Assembly (NCBI GenBank): GCA_041687695.1
Contig: JAWLBL010000005.1
Location: 132,382-196,381 of the forward strand
Reading direction: 5' to 3'
Source: Myxococcota bacterium
GTDB taxonomy: Bacteria > Myxococcota_A > UBA9042 > PHBI01 > JAWLBL01
DNA: 64,000 bases
How positions within the stretch are numbered: position 1 is the first letter of the stretch; every line of letters starts with the position of its first letter. Below are positions 1 through 9,979 of the stretch, piece after piece. The notes below the pieces were generated by a model. The model saw nothing but the letters and a program-made list of their open reading frames with translations. It was not told where the DNA came from and made no database searches. The position numbers and the translations under genes are program-made.

Positions 1-353
1 ATCTGGTCGCCCTGTGCGACCAGGGCACCGAGCTCTGCAACCAAGCGCACAGCCGACCCGAGCGCGGACCGGCCGGGGCCCGGCGCTTCTGGCGGGAGTA
101 CCTGCACGCCTTCGACGCGGTCCGCTCGCGCTTCACGCGCGTCCGCGAGGCGGAGACCCTCTCGGTGCTCGAGTGGCGCGCGCAGGGGGACAAGCGCGGC
201 GGCGGGCCGATCGCCTATCGCGGCGTGACCGTGCTCGAGCACGACGGCGAGACGCTGCGGCGGGTCAGCACCTGGTACGACTCGGCGGCGCTGATCGTCG
301 AGCACCTGGGCCCGAAGCACGGCCCGCCAGGGGCCCCTCACGCGCCGCAGTGA
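1..353 (+). CDS. SnoaL-like / NTF2-family protein (5' partial)
   Basis: Frame open from window edge: LVALCDQGTELCN...GARRFWREYLHAFDAVRSRF...VLEWRAQG...YRGVTVLEHDGETLRRVSTWYDS. Typical NTF2/SnoaL pattern. Confidence 0.75.
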   Translation, partial: LVALCDQGTELCNQAHSRPERGPAGARRFWREYLHAFDAVRSRFTRVREAETLSVLEWRAQGDKRGGGPIAYRGVTVLEHDGETLRRVSTWYDSAALIVEHLGPKHGPPGAPHAPQ

Positions 354-361
354 AGCCGCCG

Positions 362-1762
362 TCAGCCCAACGCCGGCCCCCGGCCGTCGACGGGCAAGGT
401 GACCACCAGCCGCGCGCCACCGCCGTCCGGTGACTCCACCTGGATGTCGCCGCCGTGCAGGCGCACCAGCTCGCGGGTGATGTACAGCCCGAGGCCCATG
501 CCGCCGGAGGCGGGCCACAGCTGGTGGTACCGCTCGAAGACGCGCTGGCGCTCCGCCGCCGGGATGCCCGGCCCGTGGTCGCGGACGGCCAGCTCGTACT
601 CGCCCTCGGCGGCGGTCAGCGAGACCTCGACCGGCCGCGCCCCGGCGCCGTGCTTGACGGCGTTGTCGAGCAGGTTCTGAAGGATCTGCCCGAGGCGCAG
701 CGGGTCGACGACGGCGCGCAGCCGCTCCGGCGCCCTCAGGGACCACGCGTGTTCGGGCGACAGCGCCGCGGCCTCGACCAGCGTGTCGCGGACCACCTGG
801 GCGACGTCGCAGGGCTGAGGGCTCACGGCGGGTCGGCCCAGGTCGAGGTGGCTGACGTCGAGCAGCCGCGCGATGAGCTGCTCCTGGCGATGGCACTGCC
901 GCTGCAAGACCGCGAGCAGCTCCTCCAGCTCGTCGACCGCCGGCACGTGCCCCTGCGCCAGCCGCCGGGCCATGAAGTCCACGTTGACGCGCAGGCTCGT
1001 CAGCGGCGTCCGCAGCTCGTGCGCCGCCACCGCGATGAAGTGGTCCCGGGCGCGCACGGCGGCCTCGGCGGCGACCCGCGCCGCCTCGGCCAACGCCAGC
1101 TCGCAGCGATGCTCCTCGTCGCGCCGCAGCCGCCGAGCCCGCGCGAGGCGCCAGTCGACCCGGTCGGCGGCGCTCGTCACCTCCGCACGCTCGAAGTAGG
1201 GGTTCGCCGCGAGCTGCCCGTCGAGCGCCAGCTCGGGGTGCGCGCGCAGGGCCGAGGCGCACGAGGCCGTGGAGAGCCGGCGCCGATCGTACAGGCACAC
1301 GACGGCCACCGGCGTCCGCGGGGGCAGCTGGTTGCCCAGGTGCTCGTAGCGCTCGAGCGCCTCGTGCGAGATCCCCACGCCCAGGGTCCAGCTCATGTCG
1401 GCGACCACGCGCAGCCCCGCGAAGCCGCTGGCGAGCGCCCGCGCGACCTGCCGGCCCACGGCGGCGTACAGCGCGTCCGGGTCGGTCGCGTCGACCCCCG
1501 GCAGCTCGGTCCAGCTCTGGAGCGTCACCAGGCCGCCCGAAGCCGTGGCGGCCCGCACGTCGACGTCCGCCCGCCGCAACGCCTCCGCCAGTGGTTCCCC
1601 CGGCGGCTCGCCCAGCACGACCAGGACGCGGTCGCCGGCCACCAGCCCGGCGACGACGCAGGCCGCGACCTCGTCGACGACCCGCGCCGGGTCCTCGTAC
1701 GGGACACACACGTGCTGGCCGTGCCGTAGCCCACGCAGCGAGCCATTCTGCCCCCCGGCCAT
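362..1762 (-). CDS. MEDS-domain sensor histidine kinase
   Basis: N-terminal MEDS (HVCVPY, GLRVVADMSW, CLYDRR, ALRAHP); H-box AHELRTPLTS; N-box NLLDNAVKH; G1 DHGPGI; G2 GMGLGL. Start chosen at ATG 1762 after GAAGGGG. Confidence 0.9.
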   Translation of the reverse strand: MAGGQNGSLRGLRHGQHVCVPYEDPARVVDEVAACVVAGLVAGDRVLVVLGEPPGEPLAEALRRADVDVRAATASGGLVTLQSWTELPGVDATDPDALYAAVGRQVARALASGFAGLRVVADMSWTLGVGISHEALERYEHLGNQLPPRTPVAVVCLYDRRRLSTASCASALRAHPELALDGQLAANPYFERAEVTSAADRVDWRLARARRLRRDEEHRCELALAEAARVAAEAAVRARDHFIAVAAHELRTPLTSLRVNVDFMARRLAQGHVPAVDELEELLAVLQRQCHRQEQLIARLLDVSHLDLGRPAVSPQPCDVAQVVRDTLVEAAALSPEHAWSLRAPERLRAVVDPLRLGQILQNLLDNAVKHGAGARPVEVSLTAAEGEYELAVRDHGPGIPAAERQRVFERYHQLWPASGGMGLGLYITRELVRLHGGDIQVESPDGGGARLVVTLPVDGRGPALG

Positions 1763-1832
1763 GGCTGCCCCTTCGCTCGTTGTCGGAACGCCGGGCATCG
1801 TAGCACACGCGAGGCGGGCGCGCGCGCCCCGC

Positions 1833-2597
1833 TCAGTCCTCGAACCGGCCGTGCCGCCCGGCGCCCCCCGCGAAGCGCCGCGCGCCCGCCACCGACTCCT
1901 CCGCCAGCGCCCGCAGGCCGTGGCGCAGCTCGACCTGCAGCGCCTCGTCGAGCGGCAGGTCCAGGCTCTCGTAGGCCGAGCGCCGGTCCCCCAGCATCGC
2001 CGCCTGCGGGAAGGCGGCCAGCTGCTCGGCCAGCCGCTCGGCGGCCTCGCGCGCGGTCCCCGGAGCCACGACCCGGTCGACCAGCCCCATCGCCAGGGCC
2101 TCGGCGGCGCCCACCGGCCGCCCGGTCAGGATGAGGTCCATCGCGCGCCCGAGGCCGACCAGCCGCGGCAGCCGCGCCGTCCCGCCGTCGACCAGCGGCA
2201 CACCCCAGCGCCGGCAGAACACGCCGAGCGTGGCGTCCTCCTCGGCCACGCGCAGATCGCACCAGATCGCCAGCTCGAGCCCGCCGGCCACGGCGTACCC
2301 GGCGATGGCCGCCACCACCGGCTTGTCGAGCCGCATGCGCGTCGGCCCCATCGGCCCGTCGCCGTCGGGCGCCACCCGGTTCGGGCGCCCCTCGGCCACC
2401 GCCTCGAGGTCGGCGCCCGCGCAGAAGGAGCCGCCCTCGCCCCAGAGCACGGCCACGCGCGCCTCGGCGTCGGCCTCGAAGGCGCGGAAGGCGTCGGCCA
2501 GGGCCTCGGCCGTGGCCCGGTCGACGGCGTTGCGGACCTCGGGGCGGCTCAGGATGACGGTGGTCACGGGCCCGCGGCGCTCAGTTCGGACGGTCAT
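1833..2597 (-). CDS. Enoyl-CoA hydratase/isomerase (crotonase family)
   Basis: FCAGADL, KPVVAAIAGYAVAGGLELA, GVPLVDGGTARLPRLVG; GAGGAG RBS before ATG 2597. Confidence 0.92.
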   Translation of the reverse strand: MTVRTERRGPVTTVILSRPEVRNAVDRATAEALADAFRAFEADAEARVAVLWGEGGSFCAGADLEAVAEGRPNRVAPDGDGPMGPTRMRLDKPVVAAIAGYAVAGGLELAIWCDLRVAEEDATLGVFCRRWGVPLVDGGTARLPRLVGLGRAMDLILTGRPVGAAEALAMGLVDRVVAPGTAREAAERLAEQLAAFPQAAMLGDRRSAYESLDLPLDEALQVELRHGLRALAEESVAGARRFAGGAGRHGRFED

Positions 2598-2675
2598 GGG
2601 CGGCTCCTCGGTCACACGGTCGCTTCGGGGAACGATTCTCGCGCCGACGCGCGCCGCCGGCTAGGATCATCGGTG

Positions 2676-4061
2676 ATGTCGTCCACGCCTCGCCGTCCGC
2701 GCCCCTCGTCTCGCGCCCCGCTGGCCTTGGGGCTCGCGCTGGGCCTGAGCCTGGTCGCGGCGTGGGACACCGCGGCCGCCGGGCTCGATCGGCCGCCCTT
2801 GGAGGTCGCGCAGGTGGACGTTCACGACGTCACGCTCCCCGAGCCGCAGACCTCCGAGCCGCCCGAGGCGCCGCCGCCCGAGCCGCCCCCCGAGCCGCGG
2901 GGCCTGACCGAGCGGACCCTGACCCTGGGCGAGGCCAAGGCCCAGATCTGGGAGGCCGGTCGCCACGCCCACTTCAAGACGCCCAGCGACGGCGAGCGGG
3001 CCGCGTTGGCCACCCTGGTCGTCGACCTGCTCGAGGCGGTGACCTGGCCCGAGGTCGACCTGACCGAGCACGACCGCGCCGCGCGCGAGCACGACCTCGC
3101 CGTCGAGCTGTGGCGCGTGCAGGGCCAGCCCTTCGTCGCGCTCGTCGAGGCGCCCGGGCGCGACCGCGGGGCGGGCGCCTACCTGTTCCGGCCAGGCCCG
3201 CGCCGCGCGCGCGAGGTGCTGCTGCAGGCCCCGCACGCCTACCACGACCTGTGGACGGGCCACATCGCCGCCTACATGTTCTTCGAGGCCGAGGGCGAGG
3301 ACGCGCCGCGGGCGCTGTTCACCAACACCGCGCACCGCTTCGCGGCGACCGGCGGCAAGCGCGCCAAGCGCAGCGGGTCCGACGCCTGCCACGCGCCCGC
3401 CCACAACCTGTCGGCCGCGACCGAGGCGGCGCTGACCGCGCTGCGGCACGTCGACGTCGTCCAGCTGCACGGCTTCGACGAGGGCCGCCCGCGCCGCGCC
3501 GACGGCAGCGCCGTGGCCCCGGTCGAGGTCATCGTCAGCGCGGGCGAGGCGGCCGGCTCGACCCCGCGCAGCGGGGCCGTCGCGACGTGGCTGAAGGGCG
3601 TCTTCGGTGACGAGGCCGTCGCCCGCTACCCCGAGGACGTCCGCGCCCTGGGCGCCACGCGCAACCTCCAGTCGCACCTGGTCCAGGAGGTGGCCGAGGC
3701 GACCTTCGTGCACGTCGAGCTGGGCGCAGCCGTCCGCGAGCGCCTGCGCAAGAGCGCCGAGACGCGCGCCGCCTTCGTGGGCGCGCTGGTCGGGGCCCCC
3801 GCCGCAGCCGCGCAGGCGCCGCCGGAGCCGCCACCCCCCGAGCCGCTGCCCATCGAAGCGCCGCCCCGGCCGACGCCGCCGCAGGTCGCTGCGCCCGAGC
3901 CGCCGCCGGCCGAGGCCAGCCTGCCCGAGGCTCCGTCGCCCGCCCTGGCGCCGACCGAACCGCCGGCCGAGGTGTCGACGACCGAGCCGCCGCCGACCGA
4001 GCCGCCGCCGACCGAGCCGCCGCCGACCGAGCCGCCGCCGGCCGTAGAGGCCGCCGACTAG
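2676..4061 (+). CDS. Secreted putative Zn-dependent hydrolase (PghP/N-formylglutamate amidohydrolase-like) with Pro-rich tail
   Basis: Signal-like N-terminus; motifs QAPHAYHD, SDACH, QLHGF, LGATRN, FVHVEL; C-terminal TEPPP repeats. Family assignment is tentative. Confidence 0.55.
   Translation: MSSTPRRPRPSSRAPLALGLALGLSLVAAWDTAAAGLDRPPLEVAQVDVHDVTLPEPQTSEPPEAPPPEPPPEPRGLTERTLTLGEAKAQIWEAGRHAHFKTPSDGERAALATLVVDLLEAVTWPEVDLTEHDRAAREHDLAVELWRVQGQPFVALVEAPGRDRGAGAYLFRPGPRRAREVLLQAPHAYHDLWTGHIAAYMFFEAEGEDAPRALFTNTAHRFAATGGKRAKRSGSDACHAPAHNLSAATEAALTALRHVDVVQLHGFDEGRPRRADGSAVAPVEVIVSAGEAAGSTPRSGAVATWLKGVFGDEAVARYPEDVRALGATRNLQSHLVQEVAEATFVHVELGAAVRERLRKSAETRAAFVGALVGAPAAAAQAPPEPPPPEPLPIEAPPRPTPPQVAAPEPPPAEASLPEAPSPALAPTEPPAEVSTTEPPPTEPPPTEPPPTEPPPAVEAAD
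3954..4039 (+). repeat. Coding tandem repeat (ACCGAGCCGCCGCCG, TEPPP)
   Basis: Three adjacent 15-bp units plus a degenerate upstream unit. Confidence 0.85.
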
Positions 4062-4062
4062 C

Positions 4063-5037
4063 TCAGGCCGCTAGGACTTTGGGGCGCTGGGCGGCGTCGG
4101 GTTCGGCCAACAGCGCCGCCCCGACCAGCACGACCAGCAGCCACACGACGTTCGCGGCCAGCAGATGGACCAGCTGCGCCCACCCCGGCGCGGCCAGGCC
4201 GATGTTGACGAAGCCGATGAGGACCTGCGCGACGACCACGGCGCGCAGCAGGTGTCCGAGGCGGCGGCCCTCGGCGGTCGCCCCGTCGCGGACGGCGGCG
4301 GTCCCCAGCCACAGCAGATAGAAGGCCGACGCGACGGCGACCAGCGGGTGCACGATGCGCAGGCGCACCAGGAAGTGGTTCGCGGCGCCGAGATCGTCGC
4401 GCACGCGGCCCAGCAGCCCCTCGCCGGCCCCGGGGTCGACCGGGAAGAGCGTGTCGCCCAGGGCCGTGACCGCGCCGGTCGCGCTGGTCAGCAGCAGGGC
4501 CACCAGCGCGACGAGCAGCGGCCAGCGCCAGCGGCCCTGCCACCGGAAGGCGGGGCGCCCGGACGACCACCAGGCCGCGAGGGCCGCCGACGCGACGAGG
4601 AAGAGCGTGTTGACGAGGTGCACGCCCACGACCACCGCGCGGGCCACGGAGTCGTCGTTGGCGACCAGCTCCTGCTTGACCAGCAGCGCGCCGATGGCGC
4701 CCTCGACGAGGACGAACAGCAGCGTGACGCAGGCCGCGCGAAACACCCGCCCGCCGCGAAAGCGCCGCCAGGCCCAGCCGACGAGCGCCAGCACGAAGAC
4801 GCCGCACAGACCGCTGGTCACCCGGTGGGTGTACTCGATGATCTCCTGCGTCGACCCGGTCAGGGGCACCACCTCGCCGTTGCAGACCGGCCAGTGGTTG
4901 CCGCAGCCGGCGCCCGACCCGGTGATCCGGACCCACGCGCCGAACAGGATGACCGCGACCAGGTAGCCGACGAAGGCCCAGGCGTAGCGGGTCAGGGGGA
5001 CGGAGGGGCCAGGGGCGACGGGCGGTTCGGAGCGCAT
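4063..5037 (-). CDS. ctaA: Heme A synthase (COX15/CtaA family)
   Basis: GAWVRITGSGAGCGNHWPVCNG, EYTHR, multiple TM helices, conserved His residues (VHL, VHP, VHLL). Confidence 0.9.
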   Translation of the reverse strand: MRSEPPVAPGPSVPLTRYAWAFVGYLVAVILFGAWVRITGSGAGCGNHWPVCNGEVVPLTGSTQEIIEYTHRVTSGLCGVFVLALVGWAWRRFRGGRVFRAACVTLLFVLVEGAIGALLVKQELVANDDSVARAVVVGVHLVNTLFLVASAALAAWWSSGRPAFRWQGRWRWPLLVALVALLLTSATGAVTALGDTLFPVDPGAGEGLLGRVRDDLGAANHFLVRLRIVHPLVAVASAFYLLWLGTAAVRDGATAEGRRLGHLLRAVVVAQVLIGFVNIGLAAPGWAQLVHLLAANVVWLLVVLVGAALLAEPDAAQRPKVLAA

Positions 5038-5092
5038 CGGCCGCGGACCCTATCAAGCCCGGCCGGGCAGGCAAGCCTGAAGACCGCGCCGG

Positions 5093-6295
5093 TCAGAAGC
5101 GGCCCATCACGCCCACCCCGCCGATGCCCAGGCGGACGCGCACGTCCGGCTCGGGGTCGGGGCGATCGGCGGCCTGGAGCCGCGGGTCGTCGGGCGTCGC
5201 GCCGGGCGCCTCGTCCTCGGCGTCGCCGGCCTCTGTCACGCGGCGCTGGCTGAGCCCGAGCTGCGCCATCAGGTTGGTGTTGTAGTCGTCGGCGAGGCCT
5301 CGCGCGGCCGTGACCGACACCGGATGCGCCCCGTCCGTGTCGAGCGGCGCGAGCGCCAGCGCGACCCCACACACGGCCAGCGAGGGGCCGGCGTCACGGA
5401 TGGGCAGATCCGGATCGTCCTCGAACATCAGGTATACGCCAGCGGCGGCGGCCACGAGGCCCAGGGCCCCGACGCCTATTTGCATGGCCCGGGCCTGGCG
5501 GTACGAGCGCGCCAGATCGTGGCGGCCGATGGCCTCGTAGAAGTCGCCGCCCTCGAGCGGCTCGCGTTGCGTGCCGCGGAAGGCGACCGGGCGGCGGGCC
5601 TCCTCGCGGGCCGCGCGGGGGTCCTCGAGCCAGACGAAGCTGCGGCGGTAGGCTTCGCGGGCGTTCAGGGTGGCCACGGGGTCGCCCGCGTTGGCGACGA
5701 CGGTCGGGTCGAGGGCCGGGGTGAAGCCCTCGAGGCGCACCTCGGCGCCGCGGCGGACCACGGCAGCGGCCATGACGCCCCGGCGGGCGTGGTGGAAGGT
5801 CAGGGCCGAGGCGTCGGGGTCGGTCTCGTCCACGACCTCGGAGACGTCGGTGGCGGCCATGCGCAGGATGGCGACGACCGTGACCGGCGGGCGGGCGCAG
5901 CGGGCCGCGATCTCGTCGTCGGCCTCGTCCGCCCGGGCCGACAGGGCGCGGCCGGGGGCGATGAGGCGCGTGCGGGCCCCGATGCGCAGGGCCGCCTCGA
6001 GCGCGGCGCGGGCGTCGCGGGCGTCGGCGTCGTCCGGACCGACGGTGCACACGGCGACGGAGACCTCGGCGCCGTCGAAGAGCGGCTCGACGGCCTCGGG
6101 GGTGAAGGTGGCGAACCAGCCGACGTCCGCCGCGGCGGCCGGTGGGGCCGCGCAGAGGGTCGCCAGGACGACAGCGCCAGCAGCGAGCGCGTGGGCGAGC
6201 CCGGACCCGGCGGCGGGGCGCGCGGAGGCGCCGGCGGGACCGCTGGGTCGGGGCTCGGACGCGAGGCCGCCGGCTCGACGGGGAGTGCGAGCCAT
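5093..6295 (-). CDS. Hypothetical exported/membrane protein
   Basis: Signal peptide (LCAAPPAAAA), two hydrophobic segments near the C-terminus, high GC3 frame. Confidence 0.65.
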   Translation of the reverse strand: MARTPRRAGGLASEPRPSGPAGASARPAAGSGLAHALAAGAVVLATLCAAPPAAAADVGWFATFTPEAVEPLFDGAEVSVAVCTVGPDDADARDARAALEAALRIGARTRLIAPGRALSARADEADDEIAARCARPPVTVVAILRMAATDVSEVVDETDPDASALTFHHARRGVMAAAVVRRGAEVRLEGFTPALDPTVVANAGDPVATLNAREAYRRSFVWLEDPRAAREEARRPVAFRGTQREPLEGGDFYEAIGRHDLARSYRQARAMQIGVGALGLVAAAAGVYLMFEDDPDLPIRDAGPSLAVCGVALALAPLDTDGAHPVSVTAARGLADDYNTNLMAQLGLSQRRVTEAGDAEDEAPGATPDDPRLQAADRPDPEPDVRVRLGIGGVGVMGRF

Positions 6296-6467
6296 GGCCA
6301 CAGTCCGTGGGTGGAGGGCGGTGGAGGCGGGGGCGGCAGGGAGCGACCAGGGGCCCGAAGCGCGCGACCGGGGAGGGGTCGTGGCCGGGAGGCCGCTCGT
6401 GTTGCCGACGAACTTCAGTCTATCGAGGGCGTGGTGGGATGCACGCTTGGGGTCGCAGCGGCGCGCC

Positions 6468-8708
6468 TCACGGGGCGCACAGGCAGTCGTAGTAGCCGCG
6501 GACGGGCTCGAAGCCGCAGCCGCAGCCGTCCAGCGCGCAGTCGTAGACGACCAGCAGGCCGCCGTCGCAGTAGCTGAGCCGGCCGCCGTCGCAGCGCCCG
6601 GTGAGGTCGACGTCGCCGCAGGCGGCGCCGGCGGGGACCGTGGCGGCGGGCGTGGTCACCGTCGCGAAGGCGAAGTCGGAGCGGCCGGCGCCGTCGTAGA
6701 TGTCGAGCTCCAGGTAAAGGCGCGTGCCGGGCGGCATCGCGGTCGTCGTGACGGTCAGCGGCTGGGTCGCGTCGAAGGCGACGTCGGACGAGGGCTCCCA
6801 GGTCAGGGCGCCCTTGTCGAGGATGCGCGTCATCGGGCGCAGCACGGCGCCCGGCTCGGGGGCGAGCTCGGCCGTGGCGTCGCCGGCCACCTGGAAGAGC
6901 AGCTGGCTCTGGACGGCGCCGGCGGCGTCCACGACGCGGCGCAGCTCGGCGTGGGAGGCGGCCCCCTTGGCCGGCTGGTAGGACAGCGGGATGACCAGCG
7001 TCCGGAGGCCAGAGGCGGCGTCGAGGCGCTCGGAGACGTAGGCCCAGGCCTGGCGAGTGCCCTGCGACAGCACGAGCAGCTCGGGGGTCCACGCGATGGC
7101 GACCTGGCCGTTGCTTTGGGTGGGCTCGCGCGCCGCGACGGCGACCACGCGCCCCGTGGTCTGCTCGACGACGCCGAGCCAGGCGCCCACGCTGGTGACC
7201 TGCGCCTGCGAGGCGACGGCGACGTCGGCCGAGACGGTGACGCGGCCGCCCTGCCAGTGGGCGTCGGCGGCGTGGGCGGACGCGGCGAAGAGCGGGCCGC
7301 CGGCGCCCAGGGCCCCCGCGACGAACAGCTGCTTGAGGAAGCCGCGCCAGGGCTCGAGGCCCGTCAGGTTGTCGTAGCTGCGGCGGTAGCGGGCGTCGTT
7401 GGGCGGGAAGTAGATGGCGAGGCCCGTCGCGCGGGTGGTCGCGGGGCCGCTGGCGCGCGAGACGACCGCGTCGGCGAGCGCCTCGCGGAGCTGGGTGGTG
7501 GCGCTGGCGAGGGGGCCCAGGTGGCCTTCGAGGCGGCCCAGGAAGTCGCCCAGATCGACCAGGTAGTAGTCCTGCGTCGGGTCGGCCGAGCGTCCGAAGC
7601 CGAGGGCGGCGGCGCGCTCGCGGCCGATGGTCGAGGCGAGGGCCGGGACCTGGCCGTCGAGGGCGGCGAGCAGCTCGGCCAGGCCGGCCTCGAGGGCGCC
7701 CCAGCGCGTGAGATCCACCAGCGACAGCGTGATCTCGTGCAGGGTCTTGAAGCCCTTGGCCTGCGCGTGGAAGCCGCGGATCAGCTCCTCGCCCAGGGCG
7801 ACCGGGTCGGCCTTGGGGTCGTCGCGGACGACGGCCAGGCTGCGGTAGTCCCAGCCGTGCCCGGGCTCGAGCTCCTGGCTGGCCAGCAGGTACTCGGCAT
7901 AGGGGTGCAGGGCGTGGGCGACCTCCCAGGTGCCCATGAGGCACGCGTCGATGCCGATGAGGGCCAGGCGTGACAGCCCGGCGCGCTCGAGGCCCACGCG
8001 GACCCCCTCGCTGAGCTCGCGCAGGTCCAGCCCGTGGTGGTAGGGCGCGTCGTCGGTGCCGAAGATGATCCAGCCGCCGCCGTGGTCCCACAGGACGAGC
8101 CCGTAGCGGTCGGCCGGGTACGCCTGGACGCCCCAGGCGATGAAGTCGGCGAGGGCCTCGGGGGTGCCCATCGCGATCTCGCCGAGATCGGCCAGCTCCG
8201 TCAGGCTCCCGGCTTCGACCCGGAGGCGCTTGGCGCCGGTGAAGTCGGGCAGGCCGCCGACGCCGCCCTCGTGGTGCCGCTCGGAGCGGTCGATCTGCAC
8301 GATGAGGTGGGCGTCGTCGGTCGAGCCGACCGCCATCATCTCGTGGAGATCGCCGATGGCGGCGCCCTCGAGGTTGTTGTCGGCGACCAGGTAGATGAGG
8401 AGCGTCCACGACTCGCCGTCGAGCTGGTGGCCGGGGCGCGGCTTGGGCCCGACGTCGCTCGAGGCGATGAGGCAGCGCCCCTGCTGGCAGACGCTGCGCG
8501 CGCCGCAGGGCGGGTTGCAGGTGCCGTCGTCGGCGACGCAGTCCCCGTCGACGCAGGCGTAGCCCAGGCTGCAGGGGGGCGAGCAGTGGCGGGAGTTCAT
8601 CTCGACGGACGCGCTCTCGCAGGCGCCGAGCGCGACCAGTAGGCCCAGCACCAGCGCCTGCAGGGGCGTCGTCAGGTGGCGGAGGCGCCCTCTGTTGTTG
8701 GGGTTCAC
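6468..8708 (-). CDS. Clostripain-family (peptidase C11) lipoprotein with Cys-rich termini
   Basis: Lipobox LGAC; WTLLIYLVADNNLE, LVLWDHGGGW (His), IDACLMG (Cys), ASQELEPGHGWDY. GTG start overlaps upstream stop (GTGA). Confidence 0.9.
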   Translation of the reverse strand: MNPNNRGRLRHLTTPLQALVLGLLVALGACESASVEMNSRHCSPPCSLGYACVDGDCVADDGTCNPPCGARSVCQQGRCLIASSDVGPKPRPGHQLDGESWTLLIYLVADNNLEGAAIGDLHEMMAVGSTDDAHLIVQIDRSERHHEGGVGGLPDFTGAKRLRVEAGSLTELADLGEIAMGTPEALADFIAWGVQAYPADRYGLVLWDHGGGWIIFGTDDAPYHHGLDLRELSEGVRVGLERAGLSRLALIGIDACLMGTWEVAHALHPYAEYLLASQELEPGHGWDYRSLAVVRDDPKADPVALGEELIRGFHAQAKGFKTLHEITLSLVDLTRWGALEAGLAELLAALDGQVPALASTIGRERAAALGFGRSADPTQDYYLVDLGDFLGRLEGHLGPLASATTQLREALADAVVSRASGPATTRATGLAIYFPPNDARYRRSYDNLTGLEPWRGFLKQLFVAGALGAGGPLFAASAHAADAHWQGGRVTVSADVAVASQAQVTSVGAWLGVVEQTTGRVVAVAAREPTQSNGQVAIAWTPELLVLSQGTRQAWAYVSERLDAASGLRTLVIPLSYQPAKGAASHAELRRVVDAAGAVQSQLLFQVAGDATAELAPEPGAVLRPMTRILDKGALTWEPSSDVAFDATQPLTVTTTAMPPGTRLYLELDIYDGAGRSDFAFATVTTPAATVPAGAACGDVDLTGRCDGGRLSYCDGGLLVVYDCALDGCGCGFEPVRGYYDCLCAP

Positions 8709-9232
8709 GGGGCTTCTCCGAGGCAGGCCTTCAAGGCCTCCGGGCAGGCGCCCGCCACACAGGGCCAGTCGTCGCAGCCGGCCTGCAGCCCGCAGGCGAG
8801 CAGGGCGTCATAGCGCTCGAGGGCGCTGCCCGTGGCCTGCTGCCGGCACACAAGCGCGCAGCCCGGGCCGCGCGGGGCGCAGGCGGCGACGCAGGCGTCG
8901 AGGTCGGCGCAGCCGAGGCCGGCCGGGGCGCACAGGCCGCCCTCGCAGACCTCGTCCGCTCCGCACGCCGGAGCGCAGCTCGGCGGCGGCGGCGCCGGGT
9001 CGCAGCCCGTGTCGGGGCAGGCGAGCGCGTCGGGGTGCACGCAGGCGGTGCGTCCGGGGCCGAGCTCGACGCACAGCTCGTCGGGGGCGCACTCGGGGTT
9101 GCAGGTCGGCGACGCGGGCGCGAGGACCGCCTCGGGGGCCTCCCCCTCGCAGGCGGCGGCGAGCAGCCACGAGACGAGGAGGGCGACGCAGGCGGCGCCC
9201 CGCGCCGCGTGGAGCGGCGGGTGGGGAGCCAT
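8705..9232 (-). CDS. Cys-rich lipoprotein
   Basis: Lipobox LAAAC; many Cys; translationally coupled to the clostripain gene. Confidence 0.75.
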   Translation of the reverse strand: MAPHPPLHAARGAACVALLVSWLLAAACEGEAPEAVLAPASPTCNPECAPDELCVELGPGRTACVHPDALACPDTGCDPAPPPPSCAPACGADEVCEGGLCAPAGLGCADLDACVAACAPRGPGCALVCRQQATGSALERYDALLACGLQAGCDDWPCVAGACPEALKACLGEAP

Positions 9233-9373
9233 CGTGGGCCTGGGTGGGGGCGTGTGAGGGGAAGGGCGCGCGCGTCGATGACCCGCGGAGACGGCCGTCC
9301 AGAGGACGGGCGGCACGGGGAGCCGACGCGACGGAGCCTTATGAGGTCATCCCACCGCAGGGAGGCTGGGCGA

Positions 9374-9970
9374 TCAAGGAAGGGGCTGCGTCTCGGCGGG
9401 CGCGTCGGACGGCGCGGCGGGCGGGGCCACCGTAACCTCTTGACACAAGGCGCGGAACGCGTCGCCGAGGGCGTCGGCCGCGTCGGCGTCGGCCAGACCG
9501 TCGCACGTCACGAGGCGCCCGGAGCGCCGGATGAGGTACACGACGCGCACCTCCTGGGGCTCGGCCGGGCTGCCGCCGCGGTCGAGGCGCACCTCGATGG
9601 CGCGCTCGAAGTGACGCTCGCCCGACACGCGCCAGCCGCGCGCCGCCAGCACGTCCTTGACCACGGCCGCCGCCTTGAGCGGGTCCTCGTCGGGGCCGTG
9701 CTCGACGTGGAGCCGCACGTCGCCCTCGGGCGAGGTCCCCTGCACGGCCGCCTCGAACCGGTGGATCACCAGATCGCGCTCGAGCGGCACGCTCAGCACC
9801 TGGTCTCGGCTGGCGACCCCGCTGGCCTTCGCCACCTCGGCCACCGCGTCCGCCGCCGGGGCGTTGGCGTCGCCCGCCGGTGGGCACCCCAGCAGCGCCA
9901 TCGCCCCCAGCCCCGCGCCCACGCGGCCCGCGATCGCGCGCCACTTGCCCGCGTCCGCGCCACCCGTCAT
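9374..9970 (-). CDS. Hypothetical lipoprotein
   Basis: MTGGADAGKWRAIAGRVGAGLGAMALLGC lipoprotein signal; globular C-terminal domain; high GC3. Confidence 0.7.
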   Translation of the reverse strand: MTGGADAGKWRAIAGRVGAGLGAMALLGCPPAGDANAPAADAVAEVAKASGVASRDQVLSVPLERDLVIHRFEAAVQGTSPEGDVRLHVEHGPDEDPLKAAAVVKDVLAARGWRVSGERHFERAIEVRLDRGGSPAEPQEVRVVYLIRRSGRLVTCDGLADADAADALGDAFRALCQEVTVAPPAAPSDAPAETQPLP

Positions 9971-9979
9971 GCTGCGCCC

